Below, in pieces: positions 1-12,582 of a DNA stretch of 60,000 nucleotides (positions within the stretch are counted from its first letter, which is position 1; each line of letters opens with the position of its first letter). The DNA is taken from contig MU057719.1 of assembly GCA_013265495.1 (NCBI GenBank), positions 870,001 to 930,000 of the forward strand. The letters run 5' to 3'. This DNA is from Vicugna vicugna. Taxonomy: Eukaryota. Below the pieces are notes generated by a model. That model was given only the letters and a program-made list of their open reading frames with translations, searched no databases and was not told the DNA's origin. The position numbers and the translations under genes are program-made.

Positions 1-1639
1 CGGCACCCTGCTCCCCGAGCTCACTCAGCACGTGTGTAAAGGAATGAATGGGAGGGTTTTTCCATGTCTGTCTTGTTGAGGGCAGGCTGGCGGCTCCTGG
101 AAGGGCCCACACTTGGTAGATGGCTAGTTAGTGACCTCAGAGGCTTTGGCCTTGACCCTTGCTGACCCATCCACCTGGAGAGGGTGGTTGAGCCCATGTG
201 CCAGGAAAGGGACGGGCTCTGGAGTGCCCACTCCCCAGGGGCCATATGACCTTGAGTGACTTCAGCTCCCAACACCTCTAGAAGCAGGGAGCCTGCTTAG
301 TCCGCTGGGCCGTCCAATGGGACGATGGCGGTCACGGCACCTCTCCCTGGGCCCCCCACTGCAGACCACCTGCCCGGCTCAGGAAGGCCTGCAGAGGCGC
401 ACAGGACCCTCCATCGCACCAGCAAAAAGGCGCCGTGCTGTCGTGTGGCCGTGAGCAGCGGCTTGGCCCAGCGCCCCACCACGTGCGTTGTGGAGAAACA
501 GGATGACAGGTCCAAGCCAGTCCTCAAGGGAGCCCCTCTAGCTGGGGAGACGGAGGTCCCCAGCCAGGAGGCAGCCAGTGGACGGCGGTGACCGCCCCAA
601 GTTCAGGGCCAGGCCGCACGGGCCGCAGGCCAGGAACGGGCCAGCCTGGACCTGAGACCACGCACCGGCTTAATCGCCCCTGCTCTCCCCTTGGAGAAGG
701 CGGGCCTCTCGTGCATTCACCAGGTTTTGTTTTCCTAACAGCTCGGCTAACAGGAGCCTGCTGGCCGAGGGCCCCAGCCGGAGCCAGGCTATCAGGTAGC
801 TGTGGTCACATCTGGAAGGTGTTTGGCAGAGCGTCCGGCCCCCCGCACCGCAGCCGCCAGCCTCAAAGCAGCAGCTGATAAGCAGCTCCAGGAAGCTGCC
901 GGCTCAGACCAGCAGCCTGACTCCCCGGGGTGGGAGAGGAGGGGCAGAGTGGGGGCACTCTGGCCTCAGGCTTCTAGCTGGGACAGAGACATCCGCACAA
1001 AAGGCCACCTCTGAGGCCGCCAAGGGCTGGCTGATTCCCCCGCACACGCCTGGGCCCCGCGATGCCTGCATCCTACGAACGGTGGTCACCACCCCGACGC
1101 CGGACTTGACAGCCTGGAGGGGCTCCCGCACCCGTGATCACTTCCTCGTCCCAAGCCTCTTGGCCAGCGCCCCGCACAGGTGGGAAGGCGACGGGTCAGG
1201 GAGGAGGGAGGAGTCTGACGCTGACTCTTGGGCCTCCCAGCCGCCGGCATTTTGGTTCCCATGTGATGTGCGCTCACGTCACTTTCTGGTGAGGGACTCC
1301 TCCTTCTCCTTTATTGTCATCATTCTTACTGGCTTCCGACTGGCGCTGAGTTCAGCCAGTGCTTCACAACGGGCCACGGCTGACCCAGGACCCCGTGGGG
1401 GTCAGTGGTCCCAGCTGCCCTGCGAGAGCCTGCGAAGCCTGCTTGCTGGCCACGTTCTGGAGGAGTGGGTCAGAGCAAGCTTGCTGGCTGTGTTATTCAA
1501 TCTCCTACATCCTTACTGAGTAGCTGCTGTCAGCTGCTGAGAGGGGTGTTAGAGCTCGCACTCAGGAAGGGACAGCCTCTGGAACGGAGGAAGCTGGGGC
1601 AGACAGACGTCCCCAGAAAAGAGGAAACGCAACCTTTAT

Positions 1640-2370
1640 GCCACACTCTACCCCTAAAATAACTCCAAAACCCAGAAAGCTTCTAGCAGAAAACAGAAGA
1701 AAAGATACTTACGACCTTGGCTTAGGCAGAGATTCTGAGCTACGCCACCAAACATGCAATCCATCCCCCAAAATTCATAAACTAGACTCCGTCAAAGTCT
1801 TAAATGTTTGCCCTTCAAAAGACATCATTACGAAAATCGAAAAGACAAGCGACAGGGAGGGGACGTTCGCAGAACACACGTGTGGTAAAGGACTTGCATC
1901 CAGAGCGTATAAGTACATTTTCAAAACTCAATGACAAAAAGGCCGCTCAGGAAGAAGCGGGCAAAAGACTTCAACAGACACTTCACCGAAGGTTTATGAA
2001 CGGCCGAGGAGCCCGTGAAAAGACGCGCGCCCTGTTTCTTCTCATTAGTTACCTGGGAAACGCAGATCAAACCGCGCTGAGACGCCGCGGCACACCCAGT
2101 GGCGTAGCTACAACCCCAATTCCATATGAAGAGAAGCATCCTATTTCTAGAAGAGGTGAACCTTGGGGATGCTGAAACAGGCTGGCGGCTGCCTGGGGCT
2201 GGGGGTGGGGAAGCACGGCTTGGCTACAGATGGGCCCGGGGTGGGGTGACAAAGCCCCCGAGTGTAGTGAGGGTGACACAGAATTGCAGGTTTACCAAAA
2301 GCTCCCTGAACTTAACATGGGTGGACTTATGTGTGTACATTACACGTCTAAACCTGTTTTTCAAAAAAAT
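1640..2370 (+). mobile_element. Old LINE-1 (L1M) ORF2/3' fragment
   Basis: cttctagcagaaaaca..gaccttggcttaggcagagattc..ggtaaaggacttgcatccaga..tcaaaactcaatg. Confidence 0.7.
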
Positions 2371-2399
2371 CTCCCCCTCTAATGGTTTTGTTATTTCAC

Positions 2400-4300
2400 C
2401 TTGTAGTTCTGCCGAATCTTGAGATTTTGTTACCAAGTAACCAAAGGAGGAATCGTTACACGTTCCCAATAAATCAGATGTTTTATTATTAAGCCGTGAA
2501 TGAAGCGCTATCTCTAACAGTTCCTTCTGCCTGAAAGTGTATTTTTCCGACGTGAATGCAGTCCTCTCAGCATCCTCTGGTTTAGTATTTGCATAAACGC
2601 TTCCTCTCTGTCTTTCTGTGTCTTTATGTTTTAGACGCGTTTCTTAAAAATACCAGCTGGGTTTGGTCCTTTTTACCCGGCCTGAAATCGCTGGTTTTTA
2701 ACTATCACGTCCTGTTAGTTTCTGCACATTGTAATTGCCGACGTAGTTGGACGGATTTTTATCACCTTTTCTGTCTTTTTCACGTTCCGTTTTCTGCCCC
2801 TTCTTGCCTTCTTTTGGATTCTTGCGGTTTTTTTCCTCCCCGGTGGATTAGAATTTACTCACTCTGTTTCTAGTCTTTCAGTGGTTGCTGATCAAAGTCT
2901 ATGCTAAGTACTTTTTCTTCTTTTAAAAAAAAACTTTTATAAATAAGCTTCATTAACATTTCCAAATTTTTTAAAAGTGCTTACTAATTTTTTTTGGTTT
3001 GTTTCAATTGTACAATGTTCTCTGATTATAAACACGTAGGGGTTTTCCTCTTTTTTTTTTTTCCCCTCTTTTTCTTCTTCTTGATCATTGCAGGGACTCT
3101 CGACACTTCGTTCCGATGCCCCGCCCCTAACCTGAAGGCCGTTACTACTTGTGGGTTTGCACTGGCTTCATTTAAACCCCACGTGGTCTCTTCACCTGTA
3201 CTCCCATTTTGATTTGCCCACATAGACAACAGCCTCTTTCCCTCTCGTCCTTTCTAACATTCCTGCCACCCGTCTGGGCTTACTTCCCTTCTGCCCAAAT
3301 CCGTCCTTTAAAACTTCCTCCGGCGCGAACTGTTTGCGGAACACTTTCCTGGCTTCCGTCTTGCCTTCGCCTTGCCCCTTCTCCCTGGGTGCTGACTTCC
3401 CGGCTCCGAGGCTTCTGCTCTCGGCGGTTTTGACGACGTCACTTCTCTATTCCAGGCTCCCGTTTTTCCTACTGAGGAGCAGGCTCTCCGCGTAACTGTC
3501 CTGGCCGGTGCGCTGTGCTTCCTCTCCGATCCGCTCCCAGGCCTTCTGCTGGCCTCTGATGGTCTGCGTTTTCACTCTGAAGTGACAAGGTGTGGAGCCC
3601 TAGCACTCATCTCGCCTGAGGGTCGTTGGGCTTCTTACATCTGTGGGCGACTGCCTTTCATTAGATCTGGAGCAGCCTCAGCCTTAATGCTCTTCGGACG
3701 CTGCCCCTGCCCCCGAGGTCTCTTCATTTCCTGCAGCTCCTGTTAGCCACATCCTTGGCTTCTCACTCTGTTCTCTCAGTTTTTTCGTATTTCCCAGTGT
3801 AATCTTCCTAATTCCTTTGGCCTTATCCTTCAGGCCACTAATGCCTCTAGCTCTGTCTAAGCTGTCCTTACACCATCCTCCGGCTTTTAATTTCCTTTTT
3901 TTAAATTGAAGTACAGTCAGTTACAACGTGTCGACATCTGGTGTACAGCACAGTGTCCCAGTCATGCATACACACACATATATTCATTTTCATATTCTTG
4001 TTTTTTAATTTCAAGTGTTCTGGTTTTTTTCATCCCAGGAGTGTGTTCGGTGCCAGTGTACCCAAGTCCCTTTTATTTCTCCTGTAAAACATGTTCATTT
4101 TGTTTTGTGGATCTGCTGGTTCCCAGTCTGAATTTTTGGCTGATCTGACTCTACCACCTACTGTTTCTGTCAGCTCTTACTCATGTGCCTTGTTTCCTTG
4201 TGTCCATGGTGAATTTTTACTCGGGCCGTGGAAACTTGTGCACATTTTCTGAGGCTTGAGATAAAGGCAGGCTCCTTTAGAAAGTGTTTGCAGTCTGAGA
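2400..4300 (-). mobile_element. Old LINE-1 fragments (antisense), with a younger L1 3' end at about 3895-4000
   Basis: T-rich degenerate L1-like sequence; ttttttaaattgaagtacagtcagttacaa is a reversed L1 tail. Confidence 0.55.
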
Positions 4301-5094
4301 ATCCTTTTAACTAAAAACATCCCTCGTTTGAGGTTTGGGGGCAGTTGAGGGAACCTGAGTTCAGACCGCGCACACACCCGGGGCCAGCTTGTGATGCCGG
4401 ATCCTCACAGCACTGTGCGTCCGCTCCTCGGCCCCAAGGCAGGAGACGCACCACCTGGAGGGCGGCTTTTCCAGTTGACCTGGATGCTGAGGTTGGGCCC
4501 TCCGGAACCCTGGATGGGTGGAGGTGGTCTTCTGTCGGGCCCCTGACATGACCAGGCTCTGTGCTTCCTCTTCTGTCCCTCGGCCCAAAGAGATCCAGAA
4601 CAATGATGCTCTGGTTTACCTGTGAGCGTAGAAGGGTTTCAGCTCTCCAAATCCAAAAAGAGAAGACAGACTTTTCTTCGACCATCACAACCAAGAAACA
4701 CCAGAACCAGCCTCAAACCTGTCTCAACCAATCGGTGACCCCCCGCTTTAGCCAGCCAGTCGGTGGTGGTCACACGCCAGAAACCACACTCCCTCAGCTG
4801 AGGAACACCCAGGTCCCCCCAGGCCTGACACCACTCCTGCTGAAACTCTGTGCCAGGCCAGCAGGGAGCCTCGCTTGGGGTGGTGGGCCTCAAAATTGCG
4901 GCTCTCCCTGGCACAATAAACAATAAAGTCCCCTTGTTTGGTCTCTGATGCCCCCACACTTCAAAGCAAAGCCAGCTTCCATATGCCATGTTTCTCTCTC
5001 ACGTTCCTCCTCCCGGCCCGAGGGTTCCGGACTTCCTAGCCAGCCTGAGACAGCATCCAAGATGGACATCTTTGATTTTAGTTTAACTTTTAAA

Positions 5095-5180
5095 TTTTTT
5101 TTGTTAATGGAGGTACTGGGGATTGAACCCAGGACCTCATGCACGCTAGGCATTTACTCTACAACTGAGCTGTTCCCCCC
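5095..5180 (-). mobile_element. tRNA-derived SINE (camelid-type)
   Basis: Reverse of gggg..agctcagt..tagag..gcatgaggtcctgggttcaatccccagtacctcc plus A-tail; B-box GGTTCAATCC. Confidence 0.85.
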
Positions 5181-8100
5181 AACCCCCCAGACATCTTTTA
5201 TTTTATCCAGAGTTTGTAGCTGCTTTTAAGGGAGGAATTGTAGGTTCTTAACTGGCCCCACTGACAGGAGCAGAAATCTTTCGCCTTTATTTCACAGATG
5301 AAGGATCTGAGGCGCGGCGCCCCCCGGTGAAGTGAATGCTCCACAGAGGACTCAGGTGAGAGCTTCTGGGCTGAGTATCTCGGGATCCAGGGAGGGCAGA
5401 GGTCACGGGGCCGGCTGGCCTCCCTCCGCCAGTGACGCTGGTGGTCATGATGATGGAGTTATGAGCTGTTCCACTGGCAGGCGGCGCCATCCTGACTTTA
5501 CAAACCCAAGCACCTTTGCCTACAGGTAAAGCCACCCCGTGGCCTGGGCTGCGGACAAGCGTCAGCCCGACGTTCCGGGGCACTCAGGACGTCAGTGCTT
5601 CCCACCACTCTGCAAGCCAAGCAGGGCTTGGCCTCTTCCTGTTACTCCAAGGGTCGGGGGTCCCCAAAAGGGCCCCAACACCTGTGTCCCTTGGTCAGCC
5701 GAGCTGCTGGGGAGGGGTGGGCTTTCCGGATGATGTCACTTGGGGAACAGCTGGGCACAGCTGCACGCTGAGGACACAGCCGCGCCTGGAACACAGGGTC
5801 AGACGATGTTCCCAGCACGGGCCCCGCTCCAGAGGCCAGGCCAAGGGACGGCGTGTCCCTGGGGCTGGCTGGCCCCGGGCCCAGCCTGACAGAGCAGCAG
5901 GGGGAGGGCAGGGCCCCGAACCGGAGGAACGTGCGCTTCCTCTCCAGACCCCCTCCCTGAGCAGGGTGCTCTCCGGGGGCGGGGCAGCTTGCTGGCCCCA
6001 GAGGGGCTGGGGAACAGCTGGAGGGGCTTCGGGCTTCTGGAACCCTGCGCTGCGGCTCCCATCCATCTGCTCAGGTGCCGCCGCTGGGGCCTGAGGGCTT
6101 GGTGTGGCCCGTGCCCAGAACCCTCACACGGGCCACCGTGGGCCCAGACTTGCTCAGTTAAGAACTGCCACTCCTCCAGCCCCCGCCCCGAGCAAGATGC
6201 TGGCGACCAGGTCACCAGCCACCCCCAGCCTGAGCGCCTGCTTCACAACCCCCCTCGGCACCTGCTGCCGGCCCTGCCCAACCTGCCTCCTCCTAGCCTC
6301 CCAGCAGGCCGGCCTCACCTGCCCCTGGCTCTGCCTCTTGTTGCAGCCCCCACTCCTGGCACGTACCTGAAACCTCCATGAAGTCTCCGTGTGTGTGTGC
6401 GTGTGTGTGCGGGCACGCGCACATGCACACTTGGGGGCTGGGGGCTGAGTGGGGGGATGGATGTGGGTGGCAGGGTGGAGGGTGTTGAGAGTGGGGGGAG
6501 GTGTGTGTGTTGGACTCCTCAGCTCTCCGCCTGTTAAAGTCTTGCTCATCCTCCAAGACCCGGCTCAGGCCCTAGCTCTCCCACAGCCCCCTCAGGGCCC
6601 TCCCGCGACCCCCCCCCCCCCCCCCCCCCCCCCCCATGTCTTGCATCCACGTGTGCGTCTCCCCGCACCGGGGCCGCGGCCCGCTGGCCTGGCCTCGCCT
6701 CCGGCTCCGAGCCCTGCGGGCGGCCGCTGCCCGGTCAGCCTGTGACGGTGAGGCGCTTTCTGGGGCGTCTGTTAATGCTTAATGTCCCTTTTTACCACGT
6801 GACCAACATGCAGGTGGACAACAATCCTAGGTTTGTTCAAAGCAACCATTTAACTTAAAAAAAAATGACCCCAATCATTCATCCACGTAGCAGAGAAACA
6901 CAAGCAAGCGGGCAAGCAGAAAGGCCGCCCAAGCCACCTCCCTGCAGACCCGCGTGGACGGCTGCAGCTCCCCGGTGAACTCCCGCGGTCCCCAGCCGGC
7001 CCTGATGGGGGTGCAGCTGTCATCCCGGCTACGGCGGAGGGAACGGAAGTGTGAGGTCAGGGCGGCCCAGGTGACCGGCAGGCCTGGGGCCGGCAGTGGG
7101 CTCGGGGGCCGAGCGCGGACACCATGTCCGTCCCTCCAGTGTCACCCCGCCATCTTCCCCAAGTGCCTTCTAGGTCAGGGGAACTGTGTTCACTCTCAAG
7201 TCTGTCACATTGCCGCCCAGCAGGCCAGCCCCGGCCAAGACATGGTGGATAGGAGCTCAGGAGGGGCCCTGTGGGGACAGCCCGGCCCCAGGAACCCTTC
7301 CCAGAGGCCAGGCCAGCTGCTCCTCCCCAGCCGGCGCGGCAGCAAGGACTTCGGCTCCCGACGGAGGGGAGGCCAAGTCTGCTGCAGCTCAGCCTCCCAG
7401 AGGCCAGGGGCCTGTTCCAGGCCGTCGAGCCTGCAGTCCAGGCCGGCCAGCTTTGGGGAAGGGTGGGGGAGCGCTGGGAAGCCCCGAGCCAGAAAGGTCC
7501 TGCCCTGACCTTATGCAGAGACGGTGAAGAGCTCCAGTCACCTCCTCTGCCCTCCCTCGGAGGGGTGTCCGTAAGCTGGAGCGCCAGGCACCCAGGACAG
7601 ATAGGAGAAAGCGCTGGGTCCTAGGATGCTCGGATATGGACAGCCCCCCTCACTTGTACAGGGCTGCCCGGCGTCCCCAGCCATCACCTGGGAGCTGCCC
7701 AGCGAGAGGCATGGGGCTGTCTCCACCCAGCTCTGGGGGGGCCTTCACGTGAAACCCTCGTTTCAAGTGCATCTGGGAGGGTGCCTGACCTGAAGACCAC
7801 CACCTCGCTTTGCCGGGGCCAGACCCCAGATGAACTCAGATGCATTACGTCTGGACTTTGGGAAAGGTGGAGATGAGCCGAGGCTGGAGGGACTGTCTTG
7901 GGGAGGGGCCCGTTTCCCAGCAGTGGCAGAGGGGCCCGTGGGCACTCAGCCTTGATCCTGACAAATAGGAGTCTATGGAAGAGGGAAAACCAGCAGGCGA
8001 GGGCGCCCCGCCTGTCTCGGGGTCCTCAGAGGGCAGCTCTGAGCGCCGTGGACGCCGACAGCAGGCAGGTGGGCCTCAGCGTGCTCCAGCCTCACCCGCA

Positions 8101-9083
8101 CTGGCAGGCGCGGGGGCTCAGGCTCAGGTCCCGGCCATCAGGCCCGGGGCTGCACGCACATGCACACGCTTCTCACTCCGCAAGGCCCGGCCAACAGACA
8201 GGACCAGTGTCGCAAGATTCCTGCCCTGGCAGTGTCCGGGCCAAGGGGGCCTGTGGACTCAGGATACAGAAAGCCAGGGCGGCGTCCTCAGACGGAGGTA
8301 TTTGCTCTCGACCCTGAAGAGCATCACGTCAACAGGCAGCGAGGGACCACGGGGCACAGGAGGCCCACCGGGGACCAAACCTGGGCACAGCGACGCCTCC
8401 GGCCGTGGGGAGCGGGGCAACAGACCTCCGTCCAGGAGGGGCGGGGCTACACATGTGTTCACGCAGCGAGCACATTTCTTCTCCCCAGATCGTGTGTTCC
8501 TATGTGCCTCCACTCCCACGGGACCCCAGAGACGGTGACCACGGGCCCCGGTGAGCTGAGTCTTAGAAAGGCCAGGCAGCCATGCGTGGGCGACAGACCA
8601 GCTGAAAGCCAGGCCCAGGTGGTGGAGACACAGGGGCTTAAGACCCACACATGTCATCTACGTGGGTCCCGGGCCCACACTCAGGCCAGCCCGGAGTGTC
8701 TGAGGCTGCCCTCTACCACAGCCTGACTGCCCCCTCTCACAGCCCACTTAGCCCCAGGCTCCAGACACACCTGCTGGTTGCAGCCCCACCCACCCAGGAC
8801 CAAGCCACTCCCCACCCTGGAACCGCCTCTCCCGTCCCCATAACCCCCACCCCAGCGGGCCTCACGCATGCTGAGGGCACTCCATCTGCGCCAGGAGGTG
8901 TGCCAGGCTGGGTCTGGAGCCGTCTCCCCTCCTGGACCCAGAGCTCCCTTGGGGCGGGCCCTAATCCCACTGCTGGCGCCTCACACACCCGAGACGCATC
9001 TGAGGGCCGTGTGGATGCTGTGACAAAGCTCGTGGGGACCAAGCCAGCCCGTCCCACAGGGGATGGGGTCACTTTGTTAAAGC

Positions 9084-9232
9084 CTGTGTGTGCACATACA
9101 TGCGTGTGCCCGTGCACGCACTGACACACATACACGTGTGCACAGCATGTGTGCACGTGCACTACAGGACACACCAGGGTGCATGTGCACATGTCTATGT
9201 GCACACACGTGTCCGAACACCTATGTATGTGG
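9084..9232. repeat. Degenerate (CA/TG)-rich tract
   Basis: tgtgtgtgcacatacatgcgtgtgc... Confidence 0.8.
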
Positions 9233-12200
9233 TGTGGGTAGGGGCTCCCGGCCTCCTGGCCTTCCTCCTGGGATTAGCCATGGGGACAGAACACAAGGCT
9301 GGTGAGGCAGCACGCATTCTACTGGGACAGCTGGAGAGAAAACAGTGTCGGATGTCAGCTCCTCACAGAACGGAACCCCTGACCCTTCCAAGGGGGTGCT
9401 GTCCAAGACGTGCAGGTAACCAAGGTCCCGAGATGCTGGGGTACTCACGCCTTCACACGCTCAACCCCCAGCCCAAATTCCCCTCCCTGGAGACTCCCCA
9501 CACTCCCTTCTAGAAACTTCCCTGTGGTGGGCCTTGAGGCTGGCAGAGAGGTCAGGGTCTGAATCTCCCCTGCCCTCCAGGCAGTGACCCGCCCTTACCC
9601 TGTCTCTTCCCAGAACAGGACTGGGAGCCCCCGGGCCAGGGCCACCGGGCTCCTAGGGCTGCAGCCCTGACCGCCACCCGCCGCTCTCTGCCTGTGGCCA
9701 GTGGACATTCCCGAGGTCTGGGGAGGTGGTGGACGGGGCCTGGGCCCTGGACTCAGCCCCCCAGGCAGACTCCAGCGAGCTCCCCAGGACAGTGTGGCGG
9801 TTCCCAGCAGGGATGCTGCAGTCGCAGGGCCAGGGTGCAAACCCCAGGGCCTCTTGATGTGGACACTTCAAAGGAAGTGCCAAACCTGGTCTGTCGTCCA
9901 GTGGCCCTGAGCAGGCCCCCCAGAGGTGAGGGGAAGACCCCTGGGGGCAGATCCTGCCGGTTCCGCTTGCCACCCACCCACCTGCCCAGCCTCCGGCCCT
10001 GCCCGCCACAGAAGGGCTGGAAAGGCGTCCGCCCGCCCGCCAACAGGGAGGAGAGCCTGGGCGCAGAACCCCTCAGCCGCCCCCCGGAGGGGAGACGTCG
10101 CAGAGCAGCTCTGAGCCTCGGAAGAGAACAGCCCCCCGGGTTACGGGAGCGGGGGCGATTCTTGGCGACTGCACACGGACTGGTGCTCCCGAGGCACCAA
10201 CAAGTGACACCTGTGACAAGCGCCCTCACTGGCCCCCATCCTTCCCCAGCTCGCCGGGAGCCCCAGAGGCTTAGTCCTGGGGGGCCTGGCCCCACTCCCC
10301 ACCCCCGGAGGTGGCCACGGGTCTCCCAGTGGAACATTTTTGACATATTCTAAACAGTCAGCAAAACAAGATGAAAATTCAGTCATTGCTTTTGGCAGCG
10401 AGTCCACGGGCCAGCACAGGGGCCAAAAATAACCGAGGGGAGGTTTCCCGGGCCACCTGCAGCCCTGGAGGCTCTGTGTGGGCTCCGTCTGGGCGAGGGG
10501 CCGGAGCGGTCCGGGCCCAGCCCCGCCGCCGCCCGCGGCCGGGAGGGAAGGGGGAGGCTGGAGGGACGCGGGGGAGCGGCCGGCACAGGGCGAGGCTGTC
10601 GCTTACACGCCGCAAACCAGGAAGTGTCCAGCCATCCGAAAAAATGTAATGTCGGACTTGAGCAAGAGAAGCAGCTGCTCCACTACTTAGCGGCCCACAG
10701 ATAGTTGGCTGAGTCCCGGGAGAGGGTGTTGGCTGAGGCCGCTAAGAGGCAGAAACACCAGGTTGGCCGGGCCGCACTCCCCGCCGCCCCGCCCTCCCCT
10801 GCAGTCTCCGCAGGCCCAGCCGGCCCCCGACAGCGGGGTGCGCGTTGTGGACCCCAGGGTGGTTAGCACCGGGGTCACTGTGCACCTGGCCGGGGCTGGG
10901 CACCTGGGTCTGACCCTTCCCAGCACAAGGCCAAGGGGGAAAGAACTCACTTCACCCGGATCACTCGGATCAGAACTGGGTCCCCATTGCGGGACCCAAA
11001 GAGGGGCTGATGGCCAGCAGGGGGACTGGTCAGCCTCCGCCTGGCCTTCTCCTGTTCCCTTTCTGTGCCCCAAGCAAGATGCACTTGGTACATGAGGCAT
11101 GTATGGCTGAAGCCCCGAGGAGAAGTGTCCACCGGGGGTGTCTGGCCAGGTCTCTGCTGAGAAGGACAGGAGAGTGCTCCAGCCAGGGCCAGACTCTCAG
11201 GACCGGCTGCCCTACGGCACGAGGAAGGATGACTCTGCCCCCGAGCACCTGCCCGTCTGCCCACCTGTCCACCTGCCATCTGTGCAAGCCCCTCTCCTGT
11301 CTCCTTGGGTAGAGGAGGGGATTTCCACCTGTCACCTCATTCCTGTCTCTTTCACTCTCACCCTGCAGAGGACACCGGGCAGGAGGAAGGCCCGTGGATC
11401 CAGGCTGTGCTTGGTCTCAGATGAGGGCCCTGGAGGTGCCCACCTCCCACTGGGAAGCCAGGCCAGGCCATCCTCATCCCCTCCTCCTTCTCCTCCTAGC
11501 GCACAGGGGCCTCTCCTGAGAGGTTCCCGCCTGCCTCTGAGGACAATTCTCCAGCATCCAGCTCCAGAACACACCTACGAGCCTGCCCCTTCCATCCCTA
11601 GGCCCCCTGATCCACGGGTGAGGAGGGGGCAATGCCATGTACCACTCAGGAGCCCACGAGGCTGCAACACACAGAAAACCAGCTAGCACAGCACGGCATG
11701 AGGGCTCCACATCATCGAAGAACCAGCTCCTGCTTCGTCCCTGCCCACCATCCTAGCCTGGGCTCTCACCTCCTGGTTGCAAGAGGGCTGCTGCGCCCCC
11801 AGGCGACACAACTAGATTCCAGGCAGGGAGAATCAGGTAGGACCCATAACCTCTCCAATCAGGAAGGTGGCGCTCCCTGGACAGTCCTGTCGACACCCCC
11901 CGCCAGAACTAGCTCATGTGGCCACTCAGCTGCACAGCTGCTAGGGAAACCTATTTTCGGGTAGATACACTGCCACCCCAAACACAACTGGGGCCCTTTT
12001 AGGAGGTAAGCAGAAAGCAACTGAGGTAGCAGTGTCGCCCCACCACCCCTTAGACTGATTTGAAAGGAGACTCGGGCTGTGGAACTCTCCTGAGGCCACA
12101 CAGCTGGCGACAGCCTCTTCTATCAAGGAGACACCTCCCTGTCCCCCTGGGGCCACTTTAACCCTGCCTTGCAAACACCCACCAGACCATGCCCAGGCTA

Positions 12201-12261
12201 GTAGGAAAGATGGCAGTTCTACTCCGTCCTCAGTCTCCCATAGGGAGGCCATGTGGCTTAA

Positions 12262-12582
12262 ACACATGAGTGCACATGCACACACACAGGTGTGCACACA
12301 GACACGCCTATATGTATACGCACATGTGCATGCACATATACGCAGATACAGGTGTCACGGTGCATATGTGCTCACGTGCACACACAGGCACGCATGTAGG
12401 CACACACACGGGCACACGCGCACACACGCACGTGTACACAGACATGCACCCACACGGCATGTGTGTCACGTATGCATGTGGTGCATGTCTGCAGCACATG
12501 GGCGTACTTGTGCGCGCACAGACATGCATACACACAGGCACACCAGCGCCTATGCGTGCTCACACACACACACATGCACACC
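12262..12582. repeat. Degenerate (CA/TG)-rich purine-pyrimidine alternating tract
   Basis: cacatgcacacacacaggtgtgcacaca... for about 320 nt. Confidence 0.85.
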
